Virus record (IMG/VR): IMGVR_UViG_3300029448_000002 | Direction: 5' to 3' (one strand) | DNA from: an uncultured virus (IMG/VR IMGVR_UViG_3300029448_000002) | Taxonomy: Duplodnaviria > Heunggongvirae > Uroviricota > Caudoviricetes | DNA length: 20,000 bases | Shown: one piece after another, positions 7,607 through 15,707 of the stretch | Layout of the letters: every line of letters begins with the position of its first letter | How positions within the stretch are numbered: position 1 is the first letter of the stretch | Notes under the pieces: model-generated | Databases searched by the model: none | What the model saw: only the letters and a program-made list of their open reading frames with translations | Told to the model about the DNA's origin: nothing | Position numbers and translations under genes: made by a program

Positions 7607-8389
7607 TTATGCTAAATCGCCAACTTTCTTGGCTGCACCACGAATTTGTCTAATCATAAACTTTCTGGGCTGAATTTGTTTCTTTAAATAAAGTTTCGCG
7701 TCCCCTGTGTCAGTAGGACCGTGAACAATTTTCTTTGTTTTGCGATCAATCACATATGTCATTGCTCGTTCTTCACGCAGTTGACCTTTGTATTGTTTTG
7801 CTAACTTTTCAATATCGTTTCTTTCGTAGTCATTTGGGTGCATAATGATTTGAACCATCTCTTTGCGACCGCTGACATAACGATCTACCTCACTTGCAAG
7901 TTTGTCTCTCATAATACGAGATGCAAATGCACCGGCTTTCATTGGGTTGTCAAACGAGAAGACTATTTCGCTGCCTTCGTCAAGTTGCACATCTTCCTTG
8001 ATTGCGATCAATCGTGATTTGTATACCTTACCGCCTCGTTTCTGTTCATCCGAATCGCCAAGTTTCTTTAGGTTGTAGTAATTACCATCAACAGGGAGAA
8101 CCTCTAGTTCCATAGAATCACCAACTTTGGTTCTCTTTCTCTCATCATCACTCGGAATCTCTTCAATGAAGAAAAGACCATCACCGGGATTGGCATTTTT
8201 CTTGAAGTTCTGCATCATTTTTCTATATTCTTTATCAAAGCCGAACTTCTTGAGTTTGGTTTGAAATTCAGTGGCTTCTTTACCGAAACCTTTGAACATA
8301 ATTTTCACGTTTTCGTCAAGATGCGAAGACAAAGGATGGTTGAGATTTTGAAGGGCTTTTTCAAAAATTGACTTATGGTTTTCGCTCAT
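7607..8389 (-). CDS. Modular 260-aa protein with KEDVQLDE linker; putative internal head polyprotein
   Basis: Linker at 7976-7996, plus HLDEN and LREE. The module after the linker resembles a module of the 715-aa protein. GAGGA RBS. Confidence 0.7.
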   Translation of the reverse strand: MSENHKSIFEKALQNLNHPLSSHLDENVKIMFKGFGKEATEFQTKLKKFGFDKEYRKMMQNFKKNANPGDGLFFIEEIPSDDERKRTKVGDSMELEVLPVDGNYYNLKKLGDSDEQKRGGKVYKSRLIAIKEDVQLDEGSEIVFSFDNPMKAGAFASRIMRDKLASEVDRYVSGRKEMVQIIMHPNDYERNDIEKLAKQYKGQLREERAMTYVIDRKTKKIVHGPTDTGDAKLYLKKQIQPRKFMIRQIRGAAKKVGDLA

Positions 8390-9761
8390 CTGGATCCTCT
8401 TTTTCTTGATTTGGGTCGCCTGTCAAAGCAGGATAAAGACCGGGTGTGTCTGCGTCTGGAACATCATCGTCTGCCGAATCTTCTCCGGGTGCTTCTGGAT
8501 CATCTGGATTTGAACCAGTACCGGCAATGTCAATATCACCACAAATACCAAAGAATTGACAGAAGAAGTCTTCCCAACTAAATCCTTGTTGCGTGAACCC
8601 ACCCGCTGTATTGACATCGGTGGTTGTCATAATGTTATCAATACCAGCCGTGTCCATTTCTTCTTCATCGTATTTTTTGTTGAGGTTTTTCAGTGCAGTG
8701 CGAAGAGTGTTTCTTTTCTCCTCACCCAATGCACCCATACCACCCATACCTCTTGGATCAAGACCACCCATCATTCCACCACCTTGTTGTTGACCAAGTG
8801 GCTTGCCGGTTCTCGGATCAAGACCTTGCTTCTTCTGGGATGCAATTTCAAGATCCTCACGATTTGTAAGGACAAGTTCCAGATCATCTGCAAATTTTTG
8901 TTTAACGTAATTTACAAGTTCATTTGCAACTTTTTCATCTTTTGTAGAAAATTCTAATTTAAAGGTTCCGTCACCGGCAGAGTTGTCAATACCACCCGAC
9001 ATTAGGCGGTAGCGATTGCGGATATCTTTGTGAATTCTTTCACCTGTTGTCTGTGGGTTTCCATTGAAGATTGTAGTAATCATAAAACGAGCGACCTTTG
9101 GATCACTGATCGTTCCGATTCCTGTCTTTGACGGTTCCTTGGTTGGCTCAAGACCACCGCTCACCATCAACTTTTGCAGATTACGCATACGTTGTGTCGG
9201 TGCGTCTGCCTGTTGCGGTCTGGGTTGCATACCCTTTCCGGGCATACCGACTTGTGGTTGTTGCTGTTGCTGTGGTTGTTGTTGCGGCATACCGCCACCG
9301 CCCATCATTGCAGCCAATAGATTGCCACCACCCTGTTGCTGCTTAGGTGGTTCAATACCAAGTTGCTGGAATGACTGTTGAGCAAACTCTTGTGGAATCA
9401 CCTGTGCCGATTGTTGAGTCTGTTGAATTCTTTGTTGTGCAGCCTTCTTGCCTGCATCATTCATCAAGAAACCGATGGACTGTGCAGTCTGTACGATTCG
9501 ATCTTGATCGGCTGCATTGTTAACAATAAACTCTGCCGTGTCGTGAGTCTTGCCACGCAGAGTGATTAGACCTGCATCCATAAAAGGCTCAAGAAAGTCA
9601 TTGATCATTTTCTCTTTGACTGCATCGACTTTATCGTTGATGCCACCAACATCCATACCAGCAGGATTCAGTCCACCGACCTTATTGTCAAAGTCAGGCA
9701 TTGGAGTCTGAATCCGAATGGCAACTCTTGAGTCTTTTTCAAATGCGTTGTCAAAGTTCAT
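8373..9761 (-). CDS. 462-aa Gln/Gly/Met-rich protein of unknown function, probably late or virion-associated
   Basis: Long ORF with poly-Q/P/G linkers, downstream of CATAAATA. Acidic C-terminal tail containing FSWEDFFCQFFGICG. Confidence 0.75.
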   Translation of the reverse strand: MNFDNAFEKDSRVAIRIQTPMPDFDNKVGGLNPAGMDVGGINDKVDAVKEKMINDFLEPFMDAGLITLRGKTHDTAEFIVNNAADQDRIVQTAQSIGFLMNDAGKKAAQQRIQQTQQSAQVIPQEFAQQSFQQLGIEPPKQQQGGGNLLAAMMGGGGMPQQQPQQQQQPQVGMPGKGMQPRPQQADAPTQRMRNLQKLMVSGGLEPTKEPSKTGIGTISDPKVARFMITTIFNGNPQTTGERIHKDIRNRYRLMSGGIDNSAGDGTFKLEFSTKDEKVANELVNYVKQKFADDLELVLTNREDLEIASQKKQGLDPRTGKPLGQQQGGGMMGGLDPRGMGGMGALGEEKRNTLRTALKNLNKKYDEEEMDTAGIDNIMTTTDVNTAGGFTQQGFSWEDFFCQFFGICGDIDIAGTGSNPDDPEAPGEDSADDDVPDADTPGLYPALTGDPNQEKEDPDERKP

Positions 9762-9766
9762 ATCTT

Positions 9767-9774
9767 TATTTATG
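9767..9774 (-). promoter_or_regulatory. Putative T4-type late promoter CATAAATA
   Basis: Seven of eight bases match TATAAATA; 5 nt upstream of ATG 9761. Confidence 0.55.
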
Positions 9775-9838
9775 CCATACCAATCTCAGGTGGCGGTCCT
9801 TGATCTTCTTCACTTAAAAAACGCTTGAAACTTTTCAT
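9770..9838 (-). CDS. 22-aa micro-ORF MKSFKRFLSEEDQGPPPEIGMA with a T4-type capsid-targeting-like leader (absent from the ORF track)
   Basis: ATG overlaps the upstream TGA (TGATG) and the ORF fills the gap exactly. MKSFKRFLSE resembles the T4 internal-protein targeting sequence MKTYQEFIAE. Confidence 0.55.
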   Translation of the reverse strand: MKSFKRFLSEEDQGPPPEIGMA

Positions 9839-10332
9839 CAATAGAAGTCCCGTGAATTTGTTTGATTGATCATTGAAGAGTTGCCACCGTCACCATAGAA
9901 GGAAGTGGCACGCCGACCATTGGCAATCTCGTTTCCGTCCTCTGCACCACGTTGGGCAAGACGCATTGCATCCGACTGACCCATACCATTCTGTGCAAGG
10001 AAACGAGCAACGTCCATATTTTGTTGAATTGATTGCCTTGCGACTCTACGATTGTAAAACAATCTTTCATCATCGTCATCGACTTCAACAAAACCACGAT
10101 CTGGTCCTGCATAGACCGTCACGACTGACTTGACAGACACTTTGCCGGTGTCCTTGTCACGAACAATTTTTAAGTTAGGTGTTTTCTCGGCTGCGGTGAC
10201 ATCATCACCACCTGCACCGGCAATACCACCAAACGATCCCGATGCAACTTGAGTGTTGCTCGGGGAAACATTGGGTGGGGGCGAAAGGCTTGGACCACCC
10301 AACTCTTCGTCTAGTCGTGGATCAAGTCTCAT
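9838..10332 (-). CDS. 164-aa hypothetical protein with MRLDPRLDEE leader
   Basis: ATGA overlap with the upstream gene; leader shared with the two upstream genes. Confidence 0.7.
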   Translation of the reverse strand: MRLDPRLDEELGGPSLSPPPNVSPSNTQVASGSFGGIAGAGGDDVTAAEKTPNLKIVRDKDTGKVSVKSVVTVYAGPDRGFVEVDDDDERLFYNRRVARQSIQQNMDVARFLAQNGMGQSDAMRLAQRGAEDGNEIANGRRATSFYGDGGNSSMINQTNSRDFY

Positions 10333-11471
10333 CGAATGCCTTTCTTTTTACTAAATTTTTCAAAAGATTCAATCAAAGAATTTTTAGACTCGACCACAGG
10401 AGTGGCATAAACAGGATCAATTGGTGTGGTTGGTGTATCTTCTGGTGAGAAATCAGGTCTGACCACTTGCTCCCCACCGGGAATCGGTAGGTCTTGTGAT
10501 CCAATACCCGGTCCACCGGGATTCGCACCATAGAATATAATAAGATATTGGAAAATTTGGTACAACATTTGAAAACGTGGTGAATTTCTTCCAGTCTGAG
10601 TGAACCAATCAGTGGTTCCACTACCCTTGTTTCCCTTTTTGTAAATGAGTTGTAGATATGCGTCTTCAAACCGACCCTCGACCAAGGCTTTGATCATATT
10701 AGGAAATTTTGTAAAGAAACCTGCACCCATTTGATACACAAGATTAAAAATAATTTGAAAAATCATATTTAATCCTCGTGTTTCCATATAGAATCCTGCC
10801 TCGTTCATTCCTTCGACCACCATATTGAAGTATCTCTTTGAAATCAGTCCAAGGATGATACCGGCGTGTCCTCTAGTGAGACTTTGTGAACCACCAAATA
10901 ATCCTGCAATTGTATAGTTTGTTCCATAGACACTATTGATGTAATCAAGTGCGGCTTGTAGACCCTCGGCATTTTGGGTAAATCCATAACCAATAGTTTT
11001 ATTACCTTCACTATCGGTGTAAACCGTTCCGCTAAATCCCTCTGGTCCACCGATGTAGTACAAGAACATAATCATATTTGAAATGAAGAATGAATTACCA
11101 CTAAACTGAGACAAGATCGCCTGCAATGCAGCATAAATTTCTTCAATACTTAAATTTGCAGGGTGATCTTCTCTTTCCGATGCGAACCCACCTCTTCCAA
11201 TAAGATACTCGATGAACTCATCAAAATTATCTAAGGTAATTGTACCGCCTGCCCAACCGGGAAAGTCATCGGGATTGATTCCTTGCAGACCACCACCAAC
11301 GTCATTGGGTTCTGCCGTGTCTCTGTATAGTAAACGAGGATCAATAATGTTTGGACCTGTTGCATCTGGTGGTACAAAATCAGGTAAACCTTGTGGATCA
11401 ACTGCCGATGGAACCTGATTCGGCAGTGAAATTGGACCCATCTCCTCATCAAGCCGTTGATTGATTTTCAT
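10329..11471 (-). CDS. Protein with GH24 (T4 lysozyme-like) muramidase domain, long N-terminal extension and MKINQRLDEE leader
   Basis: EGFSGTVYTDSEGNKTIGYG (10983-11042) gives the E-8x-D-5x-T catalytic triad. FNLVYQMG..FPNMIKALVEGRFEDA..WFTQT matches the T4 lysozyme C-lobe (NMVFQMG..FTNSLRMLQQKRWDEA..WYNQT). Confidence 0.85.
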   Translation of the reverse strand: MKINQRLDEEMGPISLPNQVPSAVDPQGLPDFVPPDATGPNIIDPRLLYRDTAEPNDVGGGLQGINPDDFPGWAGGTITLDNFDEFIEYLIGRGGFASEREDHPANLSIEEIYAALQAILSQFSGNSFFISNMIMFLYYIGGPEGFSGTVYTDSEGNKTIGYGFTQNAEGLQAALDYINSVYGTNYTIAGLFGGSQSLTRGHAGIILGLISKRYFNMVVEGMNEAGFYMETRGLNMIFQIIFNLVYQMGAGFFTKFPNMIKALVEGRFEDAYLQLIYKKGNKGSGTTDWFTQTGRNSPRFQMLYQIFQYLIIFYGANPGGPGIGSQDLPIPGGEQVVRPDFSPEDTPTTPIDPVYATPVVESKNSLIESFEKFSKKKGIR

Positions 11472-12589
11472 CGAATACCCTTTCCATCCATACCCTTGTT
11501 GTAGCGAGCAAATGCCTTGGCAAACTCACCCTCGACTTGAGCAAGCGGACTGATCGGACTACCGGGAGGGCTGTGATCAAATGGATCGGGTGGCGGTGTC
11601 AACTCTGGTTGGGGAGGACGATCAATGACCTCTGGTGGCATATCTGGAGTGTAGGTATTGATGGGTGGAATGTAATACCAATTACCATTGTAGAAGAACC
11701 AAGTACCACCTTCAAGATATCCCTCTGGAGTGAATTGTGGAATACCATCCTCTTGCTCTCCGGGCATAATATAAAGATTCATACCACCATCACTTGCAGC
11801 CCTAAGAATTTCTCCAAACGGTCCATCAGCAAGACCCCCACCTTGTTGAAGCATTCCTGCACGAATGAGTAATAATAATGCTTCGAGACTTATACCCTTA
11901 CCACTTAAGTAAGTGAAGAAGAAATCGGCAAGATCGCCCACAAGACCCAAACGATCAAGTATTGAGTCGGGAATGTGAGGATTCCAGAAGAAACGAAGCA
12001 TCGAGATAAAGTCATCAAAATCACCAGTTGAACCGAAGAAAAGCAACAGAATCGGATTTGTGATTGCGGAAACAATACCATCGACAACACTCTCCGGCAA
12101 TCCAAGACTCAACAAAAAGGATCGCAGGAAATCTGCCATATACTGACCTGCTAAGTCTCTGAATTCTTTCCAATTTTCTCTATAATACAAAAACAATGCG
12201 TACAAAGGATGGTCTTTGAAATCAACTATAAGATTACCATCTTCGTCAGTCATTTGTCCAACAGGGAGAATCAACCAAGGATTGTAGTAGTAATGAGTCG
12301 GAAGACCACCGCGACCAACCCATTCGGGTACACCTCTGCCCCGTGGTGCAGTTGGATCATCTTGATCTTCATTTTCTTCTGCCCACGCACGCATCAAGTT
12401 CTCTGTCCAAACCAACCACTCACTGATTGAAATTTCACCATCCCCATCCATATCGGCAGGATACGGAGGATAACCCGGAGGAACCGGTGTGTTTGGATTC
12501 CACCAGAATGGAGGATTGTTCGGATCCCAAGGTGGTTGTTGATCCCCACCACCGGATGCTTCTTCATTCAAACGTGCGTCGATCTTCAT
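11468..12589 (-). CDS. 373-aa Pro-rich, hydrophobic protein with an EF-hand/dockerin-like loop and MKIDARLNEE leader
   Basis: Start moved to ATG 12589 (AAGGA RBS, just after the FmdB stop). ADMDGDGEISISEW Ca-binding loop; amphipathic or hydrophobic central helices; C-terminus KGIR. Confidence 0.7.
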   Translation of the reverse strand: MKIDARLNEEASGGGDQQPPWDPNNPPFWWNPNTPVPPGYPPYPADMDGDGEISISEWLVWTENLMRAWAEENEDQDDPTAPRGRGVPEWVGRGGLPTHYYYNPWLILPVGQMTDEDGNLIVDFKDHPLYALFLYYRENWKEFRDLAGQYMADFLRSFLLSLGLPESVVDGIVSAITNPILLLFFGSTGDFDDFISMLRFFWNPHIPDSILDRLGLVGDLADFFFTYLSGKGISLEALLLLIRAGMLQQGGGLADGPFGEILRAASDGGMNLYIMPGEQEDGIPQFTPEGYLEGGTWFFYNGNWYYIPPINTYTPDMPPEVIDRPPQPELTPPPDPFDHSPPGSPISPLAQVEGEFAKAFARYNKGMDGKGIR

Positions 12590-12599
12590 TGCTTTTCCT

Positions 12600-12887
12600 T
12601 TAGAACATATGCTTGGCTCGAAGTTCTTTTTCATACTTCGTATTCTTGACACCGGCTCCGTTGCAGACCTTTTCCATCACATCTTGAAACCCACCAACGT
12701 TATGTGGTTTGTCTACACGATGGTTGTCATCGACTGCCATTGCAGGAGCAGTAAAGAAACCTTGCTTGACGGCTTTCTCACCACAAGTAGGACAAGGCTC
12801 CTTTGTAGGTTGAAGTCTTGAATCCACCCACTGAAAAGATTCAAATTGGTGGTTGCATTTTTTACATTGATATTCATACGTCGGCAT
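12600..12887 (-). CDS. FmdB-family zinc ribbon protein
   Basis: MPTYEYQCKKCNHQFE...PCPTCG signature; GGAG RBS; TAATG coupling. Confidence 0.9.
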   Translation of the reverse strand: MPTYEYQCKKCNHQFESFQWVDSRLQPTKEPCPTCGEKAVKQGFFTAPAMAVDDNHRVDKPHNVGGFQDVMEKVCNGAGVKNTKYEKELRAKHMF

Positions 12888-13342
12888 TATAAATTCTCCA
12901 ATCTACGAAGGTATTTAGTTTTTCTGATCTCCATCGAATCATCAAACAAATTCCAATATTTTAACATTTCAATTGCCTCTTCCTCAGTCAATTTTTCAAG
13001 TGCAAGAGTCGCCTTTCGAGTCGAACGTTTCATCCACTTGACCCAGAGTGCATCATCCCGAACCCATTGTTCAAGATGACAAAATTCGTGAGCAAGAGTA
13101 TGATAAATTTCACTTAATTCTTTACCGGCAACGGAGAGACAAAGCGTGCCGGGAGAGTGACGAGTGGGCGGATCAAAAAAACCATCAGTCGTATCACCAT
13201 CTGAAACACAAAGACAATCAGATGAAAGAGACAAAGAGAAATTGATACGAAACTTCTCACAACGTCCACGAACGTGATGGACAAAAGGACAAGACAAAAG
13301 AGTTTCAATGTGAGAAGAATTGATGGTTTTCTTTGAAGTCAT
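12887..13342 (-). CDS. Small HExxH zinc metallopeptidase-like protein
   Basis: DGFFDPP...HTLAHEFCHLEQW...LEKLTE (candidate third Glu ligand). Confidence 0.7.
   Translation of the reverse strand: MTSKKTINSSHIETLLSCPFVHHVRGRCEKFRINFSLSLSSDCLCVSDGDTTDGFFDPPTRHSPGTLCLSVAGKELSEIYHTLAHEFCHLEQWVRDDALWVKWMKRSTRKATLALEKLTEEEAIEMLKYWNLFDDSMEIRKTKYLRRLENL
12912..12919 (-). promoter_or_regulatory. Putative late promoter ACTAAATA at the head of the minus-strand late block
   Basis: TAAATA core about 25 nt upstream of the FmdB ATG, inside the 3' end of the upstream gene. Confidence 0.45.
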
Positions 13343-13348
13343 TGCGAT

Positions 13349-13376
13349 ATTGTATAGGTGAGTTTTAAAAAGTCAA
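13349..13376 (-). promoter_or_regulatory. Sigma70-type promoter, probably giving a leaderless mRNA
   Basis: TTGACT (13376-13371), 16-nt spacer, TACAAT (13354-13349), 6 nt, then ATG 13342. No SD sequence. Confidence 0.7.
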
Positions 13377-13441
13377 ATGCAAAATCTCGCATATTAATTC
13401 AAAAATAATGTATTTTGTGATTTTTCTTGGGGAGGGGTAGT

Positions 13442-13474
13442 AAGTAAAGCCAGCGACCCTTTCGGGTCGCCAGC
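13442..13474 (-). terminator. Rho-independent terminator after the vWA gene
   Basis: Minus strand GCTGGCGACCC-GAAA-GGGTCGCTGGC followed by TTTACTT; 11-bp stem with two G-U pairs and a GNRA loop. Confidence 0.75.
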
Positions 13475-13510
13475 GGTGTGAGTATTAATTTTTTTTAAGT
13501 TTTTTTTATT

Positions 13511-15661
13511 TTAGCAGGCGATCATCGCGGTGATTCGCTCCACCAACGGACGAGCCGCGACCTTGCTTTGCAAGTCCTTGATGAATGCGTTACGAACCTT
13601 CGCCTTGCTCGCATCGTCCTTCAACTCATCCATCGCGGTTTCCTGAGCGGAGTCATCAGCCGCCTTGTCGTAGACAACGAAGCCAGCGTCCCAACCGTCA
13701 CGGGTTGCCCAATCGTCACCGATCTGTCCCCAAGATTCATTCTTCCAAGTCTTGAGAGCAGCATCACGTTGGTCAAACTCATTGCGATATTCAAGAATTC
13801 TTTTGCCTTCTTTCTTGCTGACCATAAAGAAATTGATGATTTTTGAACCAGTCTCAGCACGAACCCAGTCGAAGATGGTTTGGCAGGCATACTTGCCACC
13901 AGAACGAATCGTGCGATGGCTGTGAGGATCAACAATGCTAGTGGTTTCCGTTCCTGCCTTGTTCCAATCGACACCAGTGTCACCCTCACCATCGGTAAGG
14001 AAGATGATGGAACCGATCTCGGCTTGAGTCTCACGCATCAGTTGGCTATGGGTGAACTTGGTGATTGCGACCGATTGACCCAAAGGAGTGCAACCAACGC
14101 GGAAGCCGTTGACGTAGCCACGATCAGTGCAGGCTCCCAGAGCCAACATTCGCTGGACATCCATCATAAAGACATTGCGACGAACGCGAGTGTCCAGAAC
14201 CTTGAGGTTTCGGCATCCACCCCTGATGTTGCTTCCGGGTTCAAAGCATTCAAACTCAATGCCGCCGCCGGACTGGAAGACGAAGACCTCGCAAGGAACG
14301 CCGACCTTCTGGCAGAACATAGCGAAGATGGCGGCTTGGCGAACCGTGGAAGTGCATTTGCCACGCATTGAAGCGGACCAGTCAATCACCACCGTGATGG
14401 CGTGGTTCTTGCCATCGGGCTTGATTTCGTTGCGAAGGAACAAATCATCAGTCAATTTGTAATTGTGAAGTTGGTCCATATCCAGATCGCCAGATTTAGC
14501 GATTTGGGTTCGGTGGTCAACGTGGGCGGCTTGCTTACGCTCAAACGCTGTCGCCATCATCGTCGCAGTGGCTCGCAAGTCACCGATGGTGTTGGCGGCT
14601 TGGTCCAAGTTGAACATAGGAAGACCTTGCGTGAGCAACTTGCGAGAATCTTCAAGAGTTTGAACAGCATACTTGCTCAGACCCTTGGGAGCGGTGATGG
14701 TGGAGTGTGCAACATTGTCGTAGTTGCCGCGAACGTCTTCGTTCATCGCCATATCTCGCAGTGCCTTAGAGAGAGCATCAGCCGATGATGGCATTTGTTC
14801 ATCCCAGCCTTGACCGTCGCCTTCAGCACCGCCGTCGCTGGATTCCGATTCGCCCTCTTCGCTCTCGGCTTCGGAACCATCGTCTTCGGCTTCTTTGGCG
14901 GATTCCATCGTGCCGTCACCCTTGGTTTCAACGCCTTCGCCGTCTTCGGACTCTTCGCCTTCGGACTCGGTTCCGTTTTCGCCGATTGATTCGCCAGTCT
15001 CGTCGCTGGGCATACCGTCGTTGGCTTCGTCGGCTTCACCCTCAGAGACGGTTTGCTTTTCTTGGTTCTCTTCGTGTTGTTGGGCAACCAATTGCAAAAT
15101 AATTTTTGTCAATTCCAAGACCTCTTCATAAGTCTCGGTGTTTTCAGCACGCTCCACCAAGATTTGCTCTTCGGGGGAGAAAGTAATCTCGCCGTTGTAG
15201 GCTTTGGCGTGAAGGTTGAGCCGGTCAAGGAAGGGACGGTCGGCAAGGTTTTCATCCGCCTTGACCTCAAACAGGTTCATTTCCCGCATTTCGGGATAGC
15301 CAGCAGCGTAGTCATTACGCAAGCCGGGATAACGTCGTTGGATCAAGCGGTCAATCCGAACATCTTCAACAACATTCAGACCAGCCATTGCGATGGCGAG
15401 AGGAACGCCAGCGTCTTGAGACAACTTGGTGACGGTCGCCAGCAAGTCATCGTCAATGGTATGCAAAGCGTGAGACACTTCGTGACCCAAGAGCATATCG
15501 GTAAGTTGTTCGGACATCTTCTCCCAAACGGGCATCGTCAACACACGCGACTCGACATCAAAGCACGCGGTCGGTGCGGTCGAATCAACGTGAACCGAAA
15601 TGTTCTCGGTGGCAAGGAGTTTGGCGAAGCCAGAGGAAACGGTAGGAAGGGCATTACTCAC
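13511..15661 (-). CDS. CobT-like protein: N-terminal HExxH peptidase-like domain, acidic linker, C-terminal vWA (MIDAS) domain; partner of the CobS-like ATPase
   Basis: FAKLLATENISV...TACFDVESRVLTMPVW...GHEVSHALHT...NVVEDVRID; MIDAS residues in IDWSASM, GCTPL and FLTDGE. GTG start 6 nt after the -10 box. Confidence 0.88.
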   Translation of the reverse strand: MSNALPTVSSGFAKLLATENISVHVDSTAPTACFDVESRVLTMPVWEKMSEQLTDMLLGHEVSHALHTIDDDLLATVTKLSQDAGVPLAIAMAGLNVVEDVRIDRLIQRRYPGLRNDYAAGYPEMREMNLFEVKADENLADRPFLDRLNLHAKAYNGEITFSPEEQILVERAENTETYEEVLELTKIILQLVAQQHEENQEKQTVSEGEADEANDGMPSDETGESIGENGTESEGEESEDGEGVETKGDGTMESAKEAEDDGSEAESEEGESESSDGGAEGDGQGWDEQMPSSADALSKALRDMAMNEDVRGNYDNVAHSTITAPKGLSKYAVQTLEDSRKLLTQGLPMFNLDQAANTIGDLRATATMMATAFERKQAAHVDHRTQIAKSGDLDMDQLHNYKLTDDLFLRNEIKPDGKNHAITVVIDWSASMRGKCTSTVRQAAIFAMFCQKVGVPCEVFVFQSGGGIEFECFEPGSNIRGGCRNLKVLDTRVRRNVFMMDVQRMLALGACTDRGYVNGFRVGCTPLGQSVAITKFTHSQLMRETQAEIGSIIFLTDGEGDTGVDWNKAGTETTSIVDPHSHRTIRSGGKYACQTIFDWVRAETGSKIINFFMVSKKEGKRILEYRNEFDQRDAALKTWKNESWGQIGDDWATRDGWDAGFVVYDKAADDSAQETAMDELKDDASKAKVRNAFIKDLQSKVAARPLVERITAMIAC

Positions 15662-15667
15662 GGCTCA

Positions 15668-15676
15668 ATCTTACCA
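15668..15676 (-). promoter_or_regulatory. Extended -10 promoter (TGgTAAGAT) for the vWA gene, leaderless
   Basis: Minus strand ...TTTGTGGTAAGAT-TGAGCC-GTG. No SD sequence. Confidence 0.55.
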
Positions 15677-15707
15677 CAAATCCAGCCGCCGCGGGGTCTT
15701 TGGGGCT

